Positions 36,005-49,348 of a DNA stretch of 64,000 nucleotides are shown here, one piece after another. Origin of the DNA: Moniliella sp. 'wahieum' (taxonomy: Eukaryota); contig RSEE01000061.1 in the NCBI GenBank assembly GCA_003971905.1, positions 186,001 through 250,000 of the forward strand, read 5' to 3'. The position numbers were made by a program, and so were the translations under genes. Each line of letters opens with the position of its first letter. The stretch's first letter is position 1. The notes beneath the pieces were generated by a model that did not search any database, was not told where the DNA came from, and saw only the letters and a list, made by a program, of their open reading frames with translations.

Positions 36005-39000
36005 ATGGCCTCCGAAACGGCCAACGACGTCGACAACGACGAGCACATGCTCGACGCCGCCACCGACGGCGCTGCCACGCATGACAGCGTCCACACGGCC
36101 TTCTACGGCGACCCCGCCGACCGCCCCGAGGTTGTCGCCGGCCCCGATCCCCCAGGCCCTGCCCGACCCTGCCCATCTGCCGAAGCGCACGCGCTCCCTG
36201 GCACATGACCTTGCCTCCGACAGCAAGGCCGCCGCCACCGACCTGTACGAGTCCATGTCTCTCGACCAGCAGCATGCCGCCATCGCTCACTCGCCCGAGC
36301 GCCCAACCTCACTGCTCCCATCAAGGAGGTGGCCGACAAGTGGCAGCTGCTGCCTGCCTTTCTGCAAGTCAAGGGCCTGGTCAAACAACACATTGACAGC
36401 TTCAATACTTTGTTGATTATGGCCTCAAGGAGATTTTGAAGGCCAACCAGCTTGTCACAGTGACATCGACCCCAAGTTCTATTGGAAGTACACCGATATC
36501 TACGTTGGCATCCCCTCCGCCCGGGCGGCGACGGTCCCGTGGTGGAGCCCGGACCAACGGTCAAGGGATCGGGCAAGGGCTCGCTCAAAAGCTTTAAAGG
36601 TGCCTTTAGCCCACACGAGTGCCGTCTCCGTGATATGACGTACAGCGCCCCCATTTACGTTGACGTTGAGTACACGCGTGGAGGTAAGATCTACCGCCGC
36701 AAACACATCGATATTGGGCGGATGCCCATCATGCTCCGCTCCAACAAGTGTGCCCTTTCTGGTCGCACTGAAAAGGAGCTGGCACAGATGAACGAGTGTC
36801 CACTTGACCCAGGTGGTTACTTTGTCGTTAAGGGACAGGAGAAAGTTATTCTCATTCAAGAGCAGCTTAGCAAAAACAGGGTCATCGTCGAAGCCGATAC
36901 CAAAAAGGACATCGTGTCCGCCAGTGTGACATCGTACGTGTTTTTTTTTTATCTGCAACCTTTGAAGAGGCGTGCCGACTAAGTACTGACTGTTGAATTT
37001 TGCCAGCTCGACGGCCGAACGGAAGAGCAAGTCGTACGTGGTGAGCAAGAACAAGTGTATCTACCTGCGCCACAATAGCATGACCGAGGACATTCCCATT
37101 GTGGTAGCGTTCAAGGCCATGGGCATAACAACGGATCGCGAAATTATCGAGACGGTCGCTGGAACACGAGGCATTCCGCGAGTTGTTCAGCAACTCCATC
37201 GAGGAGGGGTGCCGACTGAAGGTGTTTACCCGAAGGCAGGCACTCGACTACATTGGCCGCAAGGTCCGTCGCATGATGCGCCCGGGCGTGCCCCGGCGGC
37301 CTGCCCACGAAGAGCACTGGAGTGCTGGCGACCGTCGTGGTAGCCCACGTGCCAGTTGAAAAGCTCAACTTCCGTCCCAAAGCCATCTACCTGTCCACAA
37401 TGGTACGCCGCGTGCTGGCCTGTGTCCTGGACCCGACTCAGGTCGACGACCGAGACTATGTGGGCAACAAACGCCTCGAGTTGGCAGGGCAGCTGCTCTC
37501 GCTACTGTTTGAGGACATGTTCAAAAAGTACAACTATGACCTCAAAATGTCTTTCGACAAGGTCATGAAGAAGCAGCATCGCGCAACCGAATTTGACGCC
37601 AATCAGCACCGTGCCTACCACGCCGACAACATCACCTCAGGGTTTGTCCGAGCCATCAGTACGGGCAACTGGAGTTTGAAGCGTTTCCGCATGGAACGCG
37701 CCGGTGTCACTCATCTTCTCTCTCGTCTGCTACATCTCTGCCCTGGGTATGATGACGCGTATCTCGTCTCAGTTTGAGAAGACGCGTAAGGTGTCGGGCC
37801 GCGTGCGTTACAGCCGTCGCAATGGGGAATGCTCTGCCCTTCGGACACGCCCGAAGGTGAAGCCTGTGGATTGGTGAAGAACCTGGCCCTCATGACCCAC
37901 ATCACGACTGAGATTGACGAGCACCGCTCGAAAAGCTGGCCTATACCCTGGGATGCGAAGATGTGGCTCTGCTGACTGGTGCCGAAATGCACCACAAGGG
38001 AAGTTTCCTCGTCTTCCTCAATGGCCGTGTGATTGGCTTGACCCGCGCACCCGTCGGTTCATCACCGCCTTCCGCAAGCTGCGGCGAATGGGCAAGATTT
38101 CCGAGTTTGTTAGTGTGCACACCAACACTCAACAGCAAGCTGTGGTGATTGCCTCTGATGGAGGGAGTGTGCCGCCCATGATCATTGTCGACAATGGCAA
38201 GCCAAAGGTCAAGACAGTCACATCGCGCTTCTTAAGCGCGGGAGGATGTCATTTGACGATTTCCTGGCCAAGGGACTGGTCGAGTATTTGGATGTGAACG
38301 AGGAGAACGACAGCTACATTGCTCTGTATGAGAAGGACATTCTCCCTGAGTACACTACGCATCTGGAAATCGAGCCGTTCACCATCCTTGGTGCCGTTGC
38401 CGGACTGATCCCATACCCCCACCACAATCAATCCCCGCGGAACACTTATCAGTGTGCCATGGGTAAACAAGCCATCGGGGCGATCGGGTACAACCAGCTT
38501 AACCGCATCGATACTCTGCTACCTTATGGTCTACCCCCAACAGCCGATGGTCAAGACCAAGACCATCGAGATCATTGGGTACGACAAGTTGCCTGCCGGC
38601 CAAAATGCGATGGTAGCGGTGATGAGCTACTCGGGATACGATATTGAGGACGCGCTGATCATCAACAAGAGCTCGATTGACCGTGGCTTTGGGCGGTGCC
38701 AGGTGATGCGTAAGACGACAGTACAGATCAAAGCGTACCCCAACGGGACGAGTGACCGGATCGGCGACGTGCCCAAAGATGAACAGGGCAACGTGCCCTT
38801 CCGCTACCAGGTTCTGGAGGATGACGGTTTGGCTGCCGTCGGTGCCGAAGTGAGCGACGGGCAGGTGTACATCAACAAGCAGTCGCCCGTCTTAGCTGCG
38901 GGTACGGGGGAGATGGACCCAGGCATGGGCGCAAACCCTGTGGTGATCGGATACAAGGGCACTGCGCCCAGTTACAAAACCAAGGTTCCTTCCTACGTTG

Positions 39001-39795
39001 ACCAGATTGATCACTGACAGCGATGGAGATCAGCAAATCATCAAGCCCTCCTTCGCCAAACTCGCCGCCCCGAGTTGGGTGACAAGTTCTCCTCCCGCCA
39101 CGGACAGAAAGGTGTGTGTGGCCTAATTGTCCGGCAAGAGGATATGCCGTTCAGTGACCGGGGTGTCTGCCCGGACATTATCATGAACCCGCACGGTTTC
39201 CCGTCGCGTATGACGGTGGGCAAGATGATCGAGTTGCTTGCAGGTAAGGCGGGTGTGATCAGTGGGGAGCTGCAGTACGGCACTGCTTTTGGCGGATCTA
39301 AGGTGGCGGACATGTCGCGCATCTTGGTGGAGAATGGCTACAACTACGGCGGCAAGGAGTACATGACTTCGGGCATCACTGGCGAGCCGATGGAGTGCTA
39401 TGTGTACTTTGGCCCGATCTACTACCAGAAGCTGAAGCACATGGTGCAGGACAAGATGCATGCGCGTGCACGTGGGCCGCGTGCGCTGCTGACGCGCCAG
39501 CCCACCGAGGGCCGCTCCCGCGATGGTGGTCTGCGTCTGGGAGAGATGGAACGGGACTGTCTGATTGGGTATGGTGCCACGCACTTGCTCTTGGAGCGAC
39601 TGATGATCTCTTCCGATGCATTCTCGGTGGATGTGTGTCAGCTGTGCGGCCTGCTGGGCTACAATGGCTATTGCGGCCATTGCAAGACGGGGCGCAGGTG
39701 GCCAACATCACGTGCCGTATGCGACGAAGCTGCTGTTCCAGGAGCTGATGGCCATGCAAGTCGTGCCGCGCCTGGTGCTGGAAGACTCGGTGTGA
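36005..39795 (+). CDS. RET1: RNA polymerase III second-largest subunit (intron 36934-37006; many frameshifts)
   Basis: [104 protein letters not shown]. Confidence 0.97.
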
Positions 39796-40123
39796 GCTGC
39801 TCGGTGCGCCCACACGCTCGCCTCCCTTGCCCTTGCCCTGCCGCACTGTACTCTACCAAACATCATACCGTCCCGCAAGGGAACCCCCATCCTCTCCTAC
39901 GTAGGCATGTCGAATGCAGCCGTCCCGTAGCCCCGCGCCGATGGACGGTCGTGGCGGCAGAAGGTAGCAGTAGAGCAGGCCAGCTGCGCCCACTGGGTGA
40001 CGAGGGCCGGTGCAACCCACCCAGGCAGGGCCAATCAGCGGTGGTGGCCCGTGACTAGGCCAGCTCAGAGGCACACACAGCCCGACCTGCCTGCTTCCAT
40101 CGCCGCAACCCGGCACCCTCGCC

Positions 40124-40964
40124 ATGCCCCACCCCGCCGCCTCGCCCTCCCGGCCTCCCCCCCCGACCCACACACTCGCAGCCCATTCGCCCGATGAGCA
40201 GCCCATCGTCACCGTCCCCCTCTCCACCCAGGTCGCCGCCGCCGTCCTGACTGTCGCCGTGGGCGGCAGCTGGGTGTGGTGGAGGTACTTGCGCCGCCTG
40301 CCCACCACAGACTACTTGACCCCCGCTCTCCTGCGCCGGTCCAAGCATATTTCTGGCACTGTCGTGCGCGTGGGCGACGGCGACGGATTCCGTCTGGTAC
40401 GCCCTTTCTCCTTTGGCTTCAATTGTGCTTGTGGGCTTACCCTCAATGCAGTACCACCAGCCTGGCGGTCGTTTCCTCGGGCCGTGGCTCTACCCCCTCC
40501 CCCAGAACCGCAAGCTCAGCATCGGCAGCGAAACGATCAGTGTGCGTCTGGCTGGGGCGGATGCACCAGAACTACCCCACTTTGGCAAGCCTGGCCAGCC
40601 TTATGGTGCGGAAGCACTCGAGGAGCTGACCCGACTGGTCAAGGGGCGCTACCTCACAGTGGGCGTCGGTCACCTGGACCAGTACCGCCGCCTGGTCGGC
40701 ACGCCCTATGTGTGGCTCCCCCCCTACGTCCTAGGCCTACCAACATTTCCCTCCGTATGGTCCAACTCGGCCTGGCTACAGTCTATACCCTCCGGGCGCT
40801 GAATATGGCAAGTCTACTTACTTGACGTGCTGTTGGGCAAGACGAGTTCAGGGGAGCGCCGCCTGGTGCTTGCACAGGAGAGAGCCAAGAAGTTGAAGCG
40901 AGGCATGTGGTCCTTGAAAAAGATGACCACTCCCGCCGACTTCAAACGAGCCCACAAAGACTGA
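40124..40964 (+). CDS. LCL3: LCL3-like staphylococcal-nuclease-family endonuclease (intron 40397-40451)
   Basis: TM segment then YLRRLPT; VVRVGDGDGFRL|YHQPG; ETISVRLAGADAPE..HFGKPGQPY; DQYRRLV; AKKLKRGMWS. Confidence 0.88.
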
Positions 40965-41159
40965 ACACGACCCGGCGCATCTTTCCGCCTTGTACAGCAG
41001 GCAGGTGGCAGCAAACCGTACCTTTCAGCATTTGGTAGTTATCGTGTAATCCATCCTGGCGCTAGAAAATATGCTCTCAGAGGTGCCAATCACCTGGGAA
41101 GGTGAAGGAGGTCAGGGATGGGCGTGTTCATGCATAGACTTGGAGGAAGAGGTAGGAGA

Positions 41160-43064
41160 TCAGTTGGTTGGCCTAAGCGATGGGGAAGGCGGGAGAGAGA
41201 GACCAGGTCGCAGAGTAAGAGTGCTGAGTTGGCTGGGGGCAAAGGGCACCGATTTGATGTGGCGCGAGCGTCGAGCCCGGAATCGGAGCAAGCGTAGAGT
41301 AGCAATGGCCAAATCACGGGCGTGATCCATAAGAGAGCACCCAGGGCGTTGCGCCACCAGACTGGGTCCTCCCCCGTCAGGTGTCCCATACGGGGCGGTC
41401 ACTGTCAAAATCGGGGAGTCCGGCACTCACCACAGCCGGTCCCAGAGCCGCCGATCCTAGCGACACAGCTGGGGCCATCCCCAGTACGCGACGAAGAGGT
41501 GGGCAAAAGCGAGAGAGAAACAGGAGCAGCGACCCTCCGGCAGCAGCGAAGATGGGCAGCGTCAATGCGCCTGCAAGCACGCCCATGACCGAGGCCGGGG
41601 TCATATAGACCACGTGCAACTCCTCCATGTGGAGGTACTCGATATTCAAGACGCGTTGGGGGCGTTCGGTGGGCCGCGGGTGGTGGCCCAAGATAGCAAT
41701 GCGCTCTGCATCCCCACCCTCCTCATATCCGGCCTCCACCAGGGTATTGAGCGCCTCAAGTGCCTCCTGTGCCTCCACACGCAACATGGCAGGTACCCTG
41801 TACTGCACCGTCCTTCGCTCCCAATTCGTATACTCCACATCCTCCGCCGCAATCCCGGGTCAACGTAAGGATCCCGCCCGTGGTCTGCGCTGGGCCGAGC
41901 GGGACTGTCACTCATGCCCAGTGAGGGCGGTTGCTCCAGGGACATCTTCCACAACACTTGCACACGCTCGTGGGTGGATAGGTACACCCGCAGCTCCTCT
42001 ATCGTGTGCACCTCACGCACCTCCCCACCACGAAGAACATCACCGCCCGCCGGGCCTTCCCCTGGGCCCCCGTTGAACAGACGCTCCATCATGTGCCGCG
42101 CTGCCGAAGGCTCAGGGCGGGGAAGCGCCAAAGCAGCCGTCCGGCGCGCCGCTTCGGCACGATACCATGAACGGAAGAGAAGGCGGTAGAGGGCACGGCG
42201 GAGAGGGAAATACGCCGCCCGAACCCAAGGGACGAGGAGGAGGGTGGTGGCAGGAGTAGGCGGCCACAGGCCAGTACTCGAAGAGGAGGAAGACACGTTG
42301 CCTCGGAGCAGCCGCTTGGTGAGCCCGTCGACCCCGAACGTGCTCCCGAGGGAGCAAGGGGTGGGGTTTGGACAAAGGGCAGCATCAACAAGGTTGGTAA
42401 CAGCCAATACGAGGGACGGAGTAGGACAGGGAGTCGCATGGTGATCAAGACGAACGGGACCAAGGGGAGGTCGGCATTGAGCTATCAGTAGAAGGTCAGT
42501 ACGGCTGATCAAAGGGTTGGACAACGCATAGAGGCAGAAAGACGCACGTGCCAATCCAAAGGTCGGTTGAACACGCGGTTCGCCAAGTCGTTTCCCACGA
42601 GTAAACGCATTGCGAACCGGCCATAGGCGGAGCAGAGGACATATGCGCTTACGCCCATAGTGGCGCCCACAGCAAGGCGAGAGGAAGAGTGGTCTTGTCG
42701 GCGATAAAGGAGAGGACATTGCGCAGCCATCGCTCAGGCGCTGAGGCGGCGTCGGTCATCTGGTACTGTTGCTGGCATTGGGGACATTTGGCGGCTACAG
42801 TGTAGATGGGATCTTGGCCACCCGCACGCCCTCCACCACCAATTCCCATCAGGTTCATGCCTCGGGGGCTGCGCCTCTGCTGGGTATCGATCCAGGATAA
42901 GAGGCAAGCTTCGTGGGCCACCAGGGTGCATCCGCATGGGTGCACAAAGGGGGCGCTTTTGCCGGAGGGAGGCGGAGTGGGACTGTCGTCTTCACTTTCG
43001 GCACAGATCCAGCATGTCTTCCCGACGAGGTCGTCGACGGTGACGGGTCGAGAGGGAGAGGCAT
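41160..43064 (-). CDS. RING-CH (RINGv) membrane E3 ligase, MARCH5-like (frameshifted)
   Basis: TVDDLVGKTCWIC..FVHPCGCTLVAHEACLLSWI..KCPQC; downstream hydrophobic segments, DPVWWRNALG. Confidence 0.8.
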
Positions 43065-43381
43065 GATGGAAATGGCGATGGTGGCGAGGGGGACGAGGGT
43101 GTTGCTAATTAACGGTAGTCGGTAGTCGTCAATCGTGGGTCACCGGGGTCACCGGTCACCGGTCACCGGTCACCTGATAGCATGACGTTTTCTGTGTTGA
43201 AATGTTCAGCCGAGCGGAATCCTGGGCTGGCAGTGCGGGCTTTTCCTCCGATCCTCCCGGCGGCGCCTCTCACGGCCGCTCGGCCTGAAGCGGACTTGGC
43301 GGTCGGAGTGGACATGTGACGCACCAGCCACGAGACGACAACTCCGTCTTCATCGATCGTCCCTCTCTCTTCGACCCCACC

Positions 43382-44329
43382 ATGACCTCTACCAACAAGT
43401 CCGGCAAGAAGGACAAACCCCTGGCTTCGCTCATTGCCGGCGCCACCGCTGGGGCGGTCGAAGGGGTGGCCACATATCCCATTGAGTTCACCAAAACAGT
43501 ATCCCAATTTGCCGTTCGCGGCGGTGGCAAGCCTCCCTCGCCCATTGCGATTGTGAAAGACACGGTGGCCCAGTCCGGGGTGCGGGGCCTGTATTCCGGT
43601 TGTGGCGCCTTGGTTGCGGGCAACGCCGTAAAGCGGCGTGCGCTTTTTGGCCTTTGACCACTTCAAAACCCTTCTTCGCGACAAGGATGGGCGTTTGAGC
43701 GGACCGCGTTCGCTCCTCGCAGGCCTGGGCGCTGGTGTGATGGAAGCTGTCTTTGCCGTCACGCCATCGGAGACAATCAAGTAAGTTGGATCTACCTCCT
43801 AAAATGTGGCTCCACAAACTGACCGCACCTCCATAGGACCAAGCTCATTGACGACGCCAAACAACCTGTGCGGCGGTACCCTCCCGGCCTGGTGGCGGGC
43901 ACAGCAGCTATCGTCCGGCAGAGGGTGTATCGGGTGTGTACCGTGGCCTGGTGCCGGTTGTGCTGCGTCAGGGGGCAAACAGTATGGTTCGGTTGGGCTC
44001 TTACTCGACCCTCAAAAACTTGGTGCAGGGGTCGTCACGCCCGGGGCAGACCCTTCCTGGGGGCGTAACATTCGGCATTGGCGCGGTGGCGGGTGTATTA
44101 CTGTGTACACCACCATGCCTTTTGACACGGTCAAGACGCGGATGCAGTCTCGACGCCAAATCAAGGTACCGAGGACAATCGACTGCTTTGCCAGACAGTC
44201 AAGACAGATGGTGTGTTGGCTTTGTGGCGCGGTTCGACTACACGCCTGGCCCGCCTGGTCTTGTCGGGCGGGATTGTCTTTACCATCTACGAGGAGATGA
44301 TGGCACTCATGGGCGCTGCTACAGTTTAA
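43382..44329 (+). CDS. CTP1: Mitochondrial citrate/tricarboxylate carrier (intron 43781-43836)
   Basis: SLIAGATAGAVEGVATYPIEFTKT; VTPSETIK|TKLIDD; RQGANSMVR; TVYTTMPFDTVKTRMQS; RLVLSGGIVFTIYE. Confidence 0.92.
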
Positions 44330-44554
44330 CTTTGGTTGACCTGACACATTCCACTTTCACACTCGCTGATGCGTATTGTTACGAGAAAGGACCATTTTCT
44401 CCTTGATGCGCCTTCTGAAAAAAAGCCATCGGTAGACATACAGATAGGAGAGAGGAGATGCGCTCGTAGCCACAAAAAGCGAGCCAAAAGTCGTAAGCGC
44501 AGAGAGAACACAGTGAAGAAAGGACATGTGCAATGAAGCAGAAGTCCGGCTCCA

Positions 44555-45061
44555 TCACTTCTTGCCCTTTTTCTCTTCTTCTTGGCTGCCCCCGAAGCGG
44601 CCGGTGCAGTGGATACTTCGGCACCAGTAGCAGGGGTTCCCGGGGCTGGTGACCCGCTAGCAGCTTGGGCGCTTGCCACGAGCTGAGACAGATGGGCTTG
44701 GACCGTCTCGGTGTGGCGGCGAGCGTGGTCTGCCTTGGTGGGGCCCTCGGCCCCAGCAGCGCGAGCCAGAAAATCCCTGGTCAACGCTTCGAAGCGGTTC
44801 AGGATGGCCTGGGACCGGGTCTTGTATTTCAATGTGGTGGTGTCATCGGTAACCTTGAGAATAAGCCATTGATGCTTGGGTCGGAGCTTGATCACGTACC
44901 GAGTCTGGCGCGGTAGCGCAGGACGGAAGAAGAAAGGTGTCCAAGGTGAGCCACATTGCAGTAAGAACGAGGAGGGGGCAGAAACATACCTTGTCGGGAG
45001 AGGCTTCCAGCAGAGCCAAAGCGGCGGCCTGGTATTCGGGCCAGTGCTTGATGTACACCAT
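44555..45061 (-). CDS. SRP21: Signal recognition particle subunit SRP9/SRP21 (intron 44905-44989)
   Basis: MVYIKHWPEY..LLEASPDK|TRYVIK..LILKVTDD..LKYKT; Lys-rich tail. Confidence 0.88.
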
Positions 45062-45339
45062 GGTGGCTCGGTGGCCCAGCGAGAGGAACAGAAGCAGGCC
45101 ACAAAAGACTGCTCTGTTCGACGGTCGACGACACGCAGCCTAGTCAATCCGAGGAACTTGGCCACGAATACGAGCTGGGCGGCAGGGAGGGGCAGCATGC
45201 AGTACATTCCGCCAGCCCATTCCGCCGCCCCTGTTGGTACGCCTTTTTTATTTAGTGTCTCTGCGCCACCGTATATACGCAGCCGGGCCGCCTCCATCAT
45301 CAACGCGTCCCTCGTTCACTTGTTTCGCTGATACGTGCC

Positions 45340-46226
45340 AGTCCTGCATCGAGCTTCTCTCCTCCGCCCAACTCCGCCCGATGGGTGCAAGCGCATCGAG
45401 CTCAGCGGGCTCCAGCTCCACGTTGGCTCCCACTCTGCCCGGGCCACAGCATGCCCGGCCCTAAGGATCTGTTCTGTGTATCCCACGGCGTGGTCACTGT
45501 CACAATGCCACTGTCTCCGGGACGAGATAAAAAGTTGCAGATTCGGCTGCCAGATCAGCCGCCGGGGGCAGGACTCTAACCTTTCTTAACTGTGGTTTGC
45601 GAGATTGCTACCCTGGGCCGGGGGAAAGACGAAAACGGACCAAAGGCGATCGCCAACTTAATAACTTTTTGGCAGTCGCGAACGAGGGAGCCTTTTTGCC
45701 CCTATTGTCCTACGACGCTTATACTCCCGTTCGGTCATTTAGTAGCATCCACGTTTCCATAATCGAAACTGACGGCTTTATATTGGTCACCGCCGTTAAT
45801 GCTGTTTCCCTTGCTCTCCTCCATGCAGGTATAGTGATGCTTGTCAGAGAACCCTTGGTCGCCACTGCTACAGTAGGTCTCCACTATATGCAGGCGCGCA
45901 CATATATCATCCCCAGTTACACGAAGGCCAGTGCTACTTTCGGTGGTAGAAGACGGAAACGTATCCACCTCACTGCGGGAGGTGCGCTTATACTATAGAC
46001 TTGAACCAATAAGCTGACGGACGGCATGGCCTTGCCTCTGATCACCGTTGGTGTGCTCGTCCGCCAGGGGCGGATTGCGCCGATAGAGCTCGAGGCGCGG
46101 ATGCACGTCGATCGCCTTGCATCTCCTCTGTACCTGACTAGTGACTCCTCAGGTTGTAGATGCCTTGAGGCACGGGATGGACACAATCATTTTAAGTCTC
46201 ACACCTCACGTTTGATGATGTTCTAG
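45340..46226 (+). pseudogene. RRP41: Degenerate exosome RNase PH-like subunit RRP41/SKI6
   Basis: IELLSSAQLR.DG.KR.EL; GERRKRTKGDR; IHVSIIETDG..AVNAVSLALLHAGIVM; IDLNQ* (TAA 46010); LPLITVGVLVRQGRIAPIELEARMHVDRL; no clear ATG. Confidence 0.7.
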
Positions 46227-47073
46227 CGGGCGTTACGGCTCCTTGCGCATTGGCAACCTCAGTCTCACCATAGACCCGTTGTTCCAAGAAAACACAGTCA
46301 TACCGCAAATTATATCCTTCTGTACATTATATCCGCGAGTTCAGTTCCTGTGTCTCCCGTGTAGAGTGGTATACACCGTGACGAACGCGTCCCAACCATA
46401 AGCGCTCCGACTGACTGAAAGAGCTATAGGAACTGTTTTCCGAGTAAGGAAAGGAAAGATGTATGTAGTAGAGAGCCGATTTCGTTCGTGGAGAGAAGAC
46501 AGAGGGCAGGAAAGCGAACACGGGAGCACAATGAAAAGACGGCACAGGCGCCATTATATGACAAGACAATATTGTCACTGTTACAGAGGGTCTGTTTATA
46601 TAGCAAAACGTTCATCTGTCCACGTTACCGCTAGAGCAACTGGGGATTCTTCAACCGTCAAGTATTGGAGAATGTGTGGGATCGAAGTCAAACGGACATA
46701 TGTTGAAGGGTCTCGGAGGGGTTTTCTATTGCGGAGTCGACAACACTTGCTCAATGGCAATAGCGCCACCAATGGTAGTTCGACAGAGGGGCAAACACCC
46801 TGCCAAGCATTCCTTTGACGGAGGAAATGAGGGGGGAGAATCCCAAATCGCCTGGAGATAGCCGAGTGGGTTGAAATCCACGAACGTGTTCTATGATCAT
46901 AACGTGACAGAAGTTGGAGATGGAAAAAGGAAGGAAAAGGATTGTATACGTCTCAAGTGGAGAAGGGAATAGTGTGAGGACCTACTCTTATTGTAGAAGA
47001 GGAGGGTGTGCAAGTTGAGTCACATGTGGTAGAAACAGGGTTTGGAACCAAACGGTGAAAACAGGGAGCCTGA

Positions 47074-47663
47074 TCAAGACTTGCGACCCCAAATACTGAG
47101 TTGGATGCTTGCATCGGCAAGCGCTTGGAGCTTCTGACTTGTGTTGCCGGACATGGAGATGGTAACGGCAAAGTGACCTTTCTTCTGGATGTCACATACG
47201 GATGGAGCAAAATCCTCATCTCCGCTTATGATGAAGAATATAGAACCCCCTTGGGCCACCTTGAGCACTTCAGTAATAGCCGCGGCAGCCTCCTTATCAG
47301 CTGCATTTTTAGGGCGAGGGGCAGCTTGGCAAGGGAGTTGAGGGAAACGTCGAACGGCATTGATGCAGAGTCCTTCGACATCAAACATGTTATCGAAAGA
47401 TACAATCCCTGCTAAACCTCCGTTCTGGATGAAGTAACAAAGAATTTGGGGAAAGGCGGGACATGCTGTAATGCTAGACTTCAGCTTCATAAATGACACT
47501 GTTCCCTTAGTTAGCGCAGACCGTGAGATGTTCTGTGGCGGAAAAGGGAGATGTCAGAGTTTGCCGATCATGTACACACACTTACATGATCCATACCTCG
47601 CAATCCCAAAAAGAATACACTCCAGTCAGGTGAGCTGCCCGTCCAGTTGCTTTGAAACTGCAT
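47074..47663 (-). CDS. NYN/PIN-like (LabA/DUF88, MARF1-type) nuclease domain protein (intron 47533-47596; ends uncertain)
   Basis: Splicing gives FWDCE|NI; then KNAADK, FIISGDEDFAP, S.KLQALAD. Confidence 0.78.
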
Positions 47664-48416
47664 GGCGCTTACGTTTGGCAAGGTCGGGATTACTGATTAC
47701 AAAAAACGACGGCCATCAATTGAGCCCATCATTGGACGGATCAGAGGGATCTGGACGGAGGTGGCCTTGGCGATATTGTGGGGTGGGGCAGACGCCTTTT
47801 TGCGCGCGGCAGACAGAAGCGGTAGAGAAGGGCTTGCAGTACCCACAATGCTACCACTGTGGGACATGAAGCTCATCATTGGTGTTTTCATCGTGGGACT
47901 TCGAAAAACAGTAGGAGGTCGTATTCGTCGTCGTGCTGAAGCTGGAAGGAAATGGGGGAGGGTTGACGAGACTGGTGAGTTTTCAGGATGTGTGAATGAT
48001 GGAGGGCTGATGGGGTGAGGCAAAAGAGAAAAAGGCATGTTTACTGGAGGATCTGCTTTCTGATGTTTCGCGTATACGTGTGTTTCTGCTGATTTTTGTG
48101 AAGGGGCAACTGTGACTTTGAGGGCGCCACGTCATGATATAGAGTAGGGGTTGTCGGCTGCTCTCGGTGGCTCTGTCGTGCACGCTATGTCTACAGCCGA
48201 GGGCATATTCAAGGAGGGGAGCTTGCCCTATCTCCAGACGGAGCAGAAGTACTGTCGGCTGTACCCGAGCATGTTCTCTTCTACATGTGTTGCGTGTTCG
48301 CTCAACCCAACATGTATAAACGACCTGGCCTGGCCACTGCTGGGACTGGGTCTGCGCTCAGCCTGAGCACCCTCGGCTATTCCTATCAATCAGTCCGCAC
48401 AAGTGGAGGTCTCAGC

Positions 48417-48449
48417 GGAATAAGGGCAGAATAAGGGCGGAATAAGGGC
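48417..48449. repeat. (RGAATAAGGGC)x3
   Basis: Three 11-bp copies upstream of eIF5A. Confidence 0.9.
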
Positions 48450-48693
48450 TTGGCATGCATCGCAGACACCTTTTGCAATGTTCTCGTCAGCCGAGCTAGT
48501 CCAGTCGGCCTCGTCCCACGGGGGTGCTTCCAAGTGTCTAGGGTTGGCTCGACACACTGCCCCTGCGCTTAGCGGGGCCGCAATGCGGACAACAGTGATC
48601 TTGTGCCCAGGCTGCGACCCGCGATGAACTTTTTTTTTCCTCGCAGCCGGCGTTTTCCATCCCTACCACCACCTCTGTCCCAACAGTTACATT

Positions 48694-49348
48694 ATGGTTC
48701 GTACTCGTCCCGCATCCCCATCCCTACCAACCCCCGTTGCGCTGGAACACGCATTTCCCGCCTCCCCACGGTTCCTGGGAGTGCTGCCCTGCTTGCCGGA
48801 TGGGATGAAGACGCAGCCCCAGCTTAGCAGAAAATAGGTGAACTGACCTTTCTCCTTCCCCTTCCTCAGTCTGACGACGAGAAGCACAACGTCGAGTTCG
48901 AGTCGGCCAACGCCGGCGCCTCGCTCACCTTCCCCATGCAGTGCTCGGCGCTGCGCAAGAACGGACACGTGGTGATCAAGGGCCGTCCCTGCAAGATTGT
49001 CGACATGTCGACCTCCAAGACGGCAAGCACGGTCACGCCAAGGTGCACCTTGTCGCTGTTGACATTTTCACCGGCAAGAAGCTCGAGGACATCTCGCCCT
49101 CTACCCACAACATGGAGGTGCCCAACGTGACCCGTACCGAGTACCAGCTCGTCAACATTGACGATGGCTTCCTCAACCTGCTCACCTCGGACGGTGACTC
49201 GAAGGATGACGTCCGTGTGCCCGAGGGTGAGCTCGGTGAGCAGATGCAGGCTGACTTTGACGATGGCAAGGACCTGATGGTCACCATCGTCTCGGCCATG
49301 GGCGAGGAGACCGCTCTTGCGTTCAAGGAGGCCCCCCAAGGCAAGTAA
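48694..49348 (+). CDS. HYP2: Translation factor eIF5A (ATG-only first coding exon; intron 48697-48869; frameshift near 49020)
   Basis: [62 protein letters not shown]. Confidence 0.97.
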
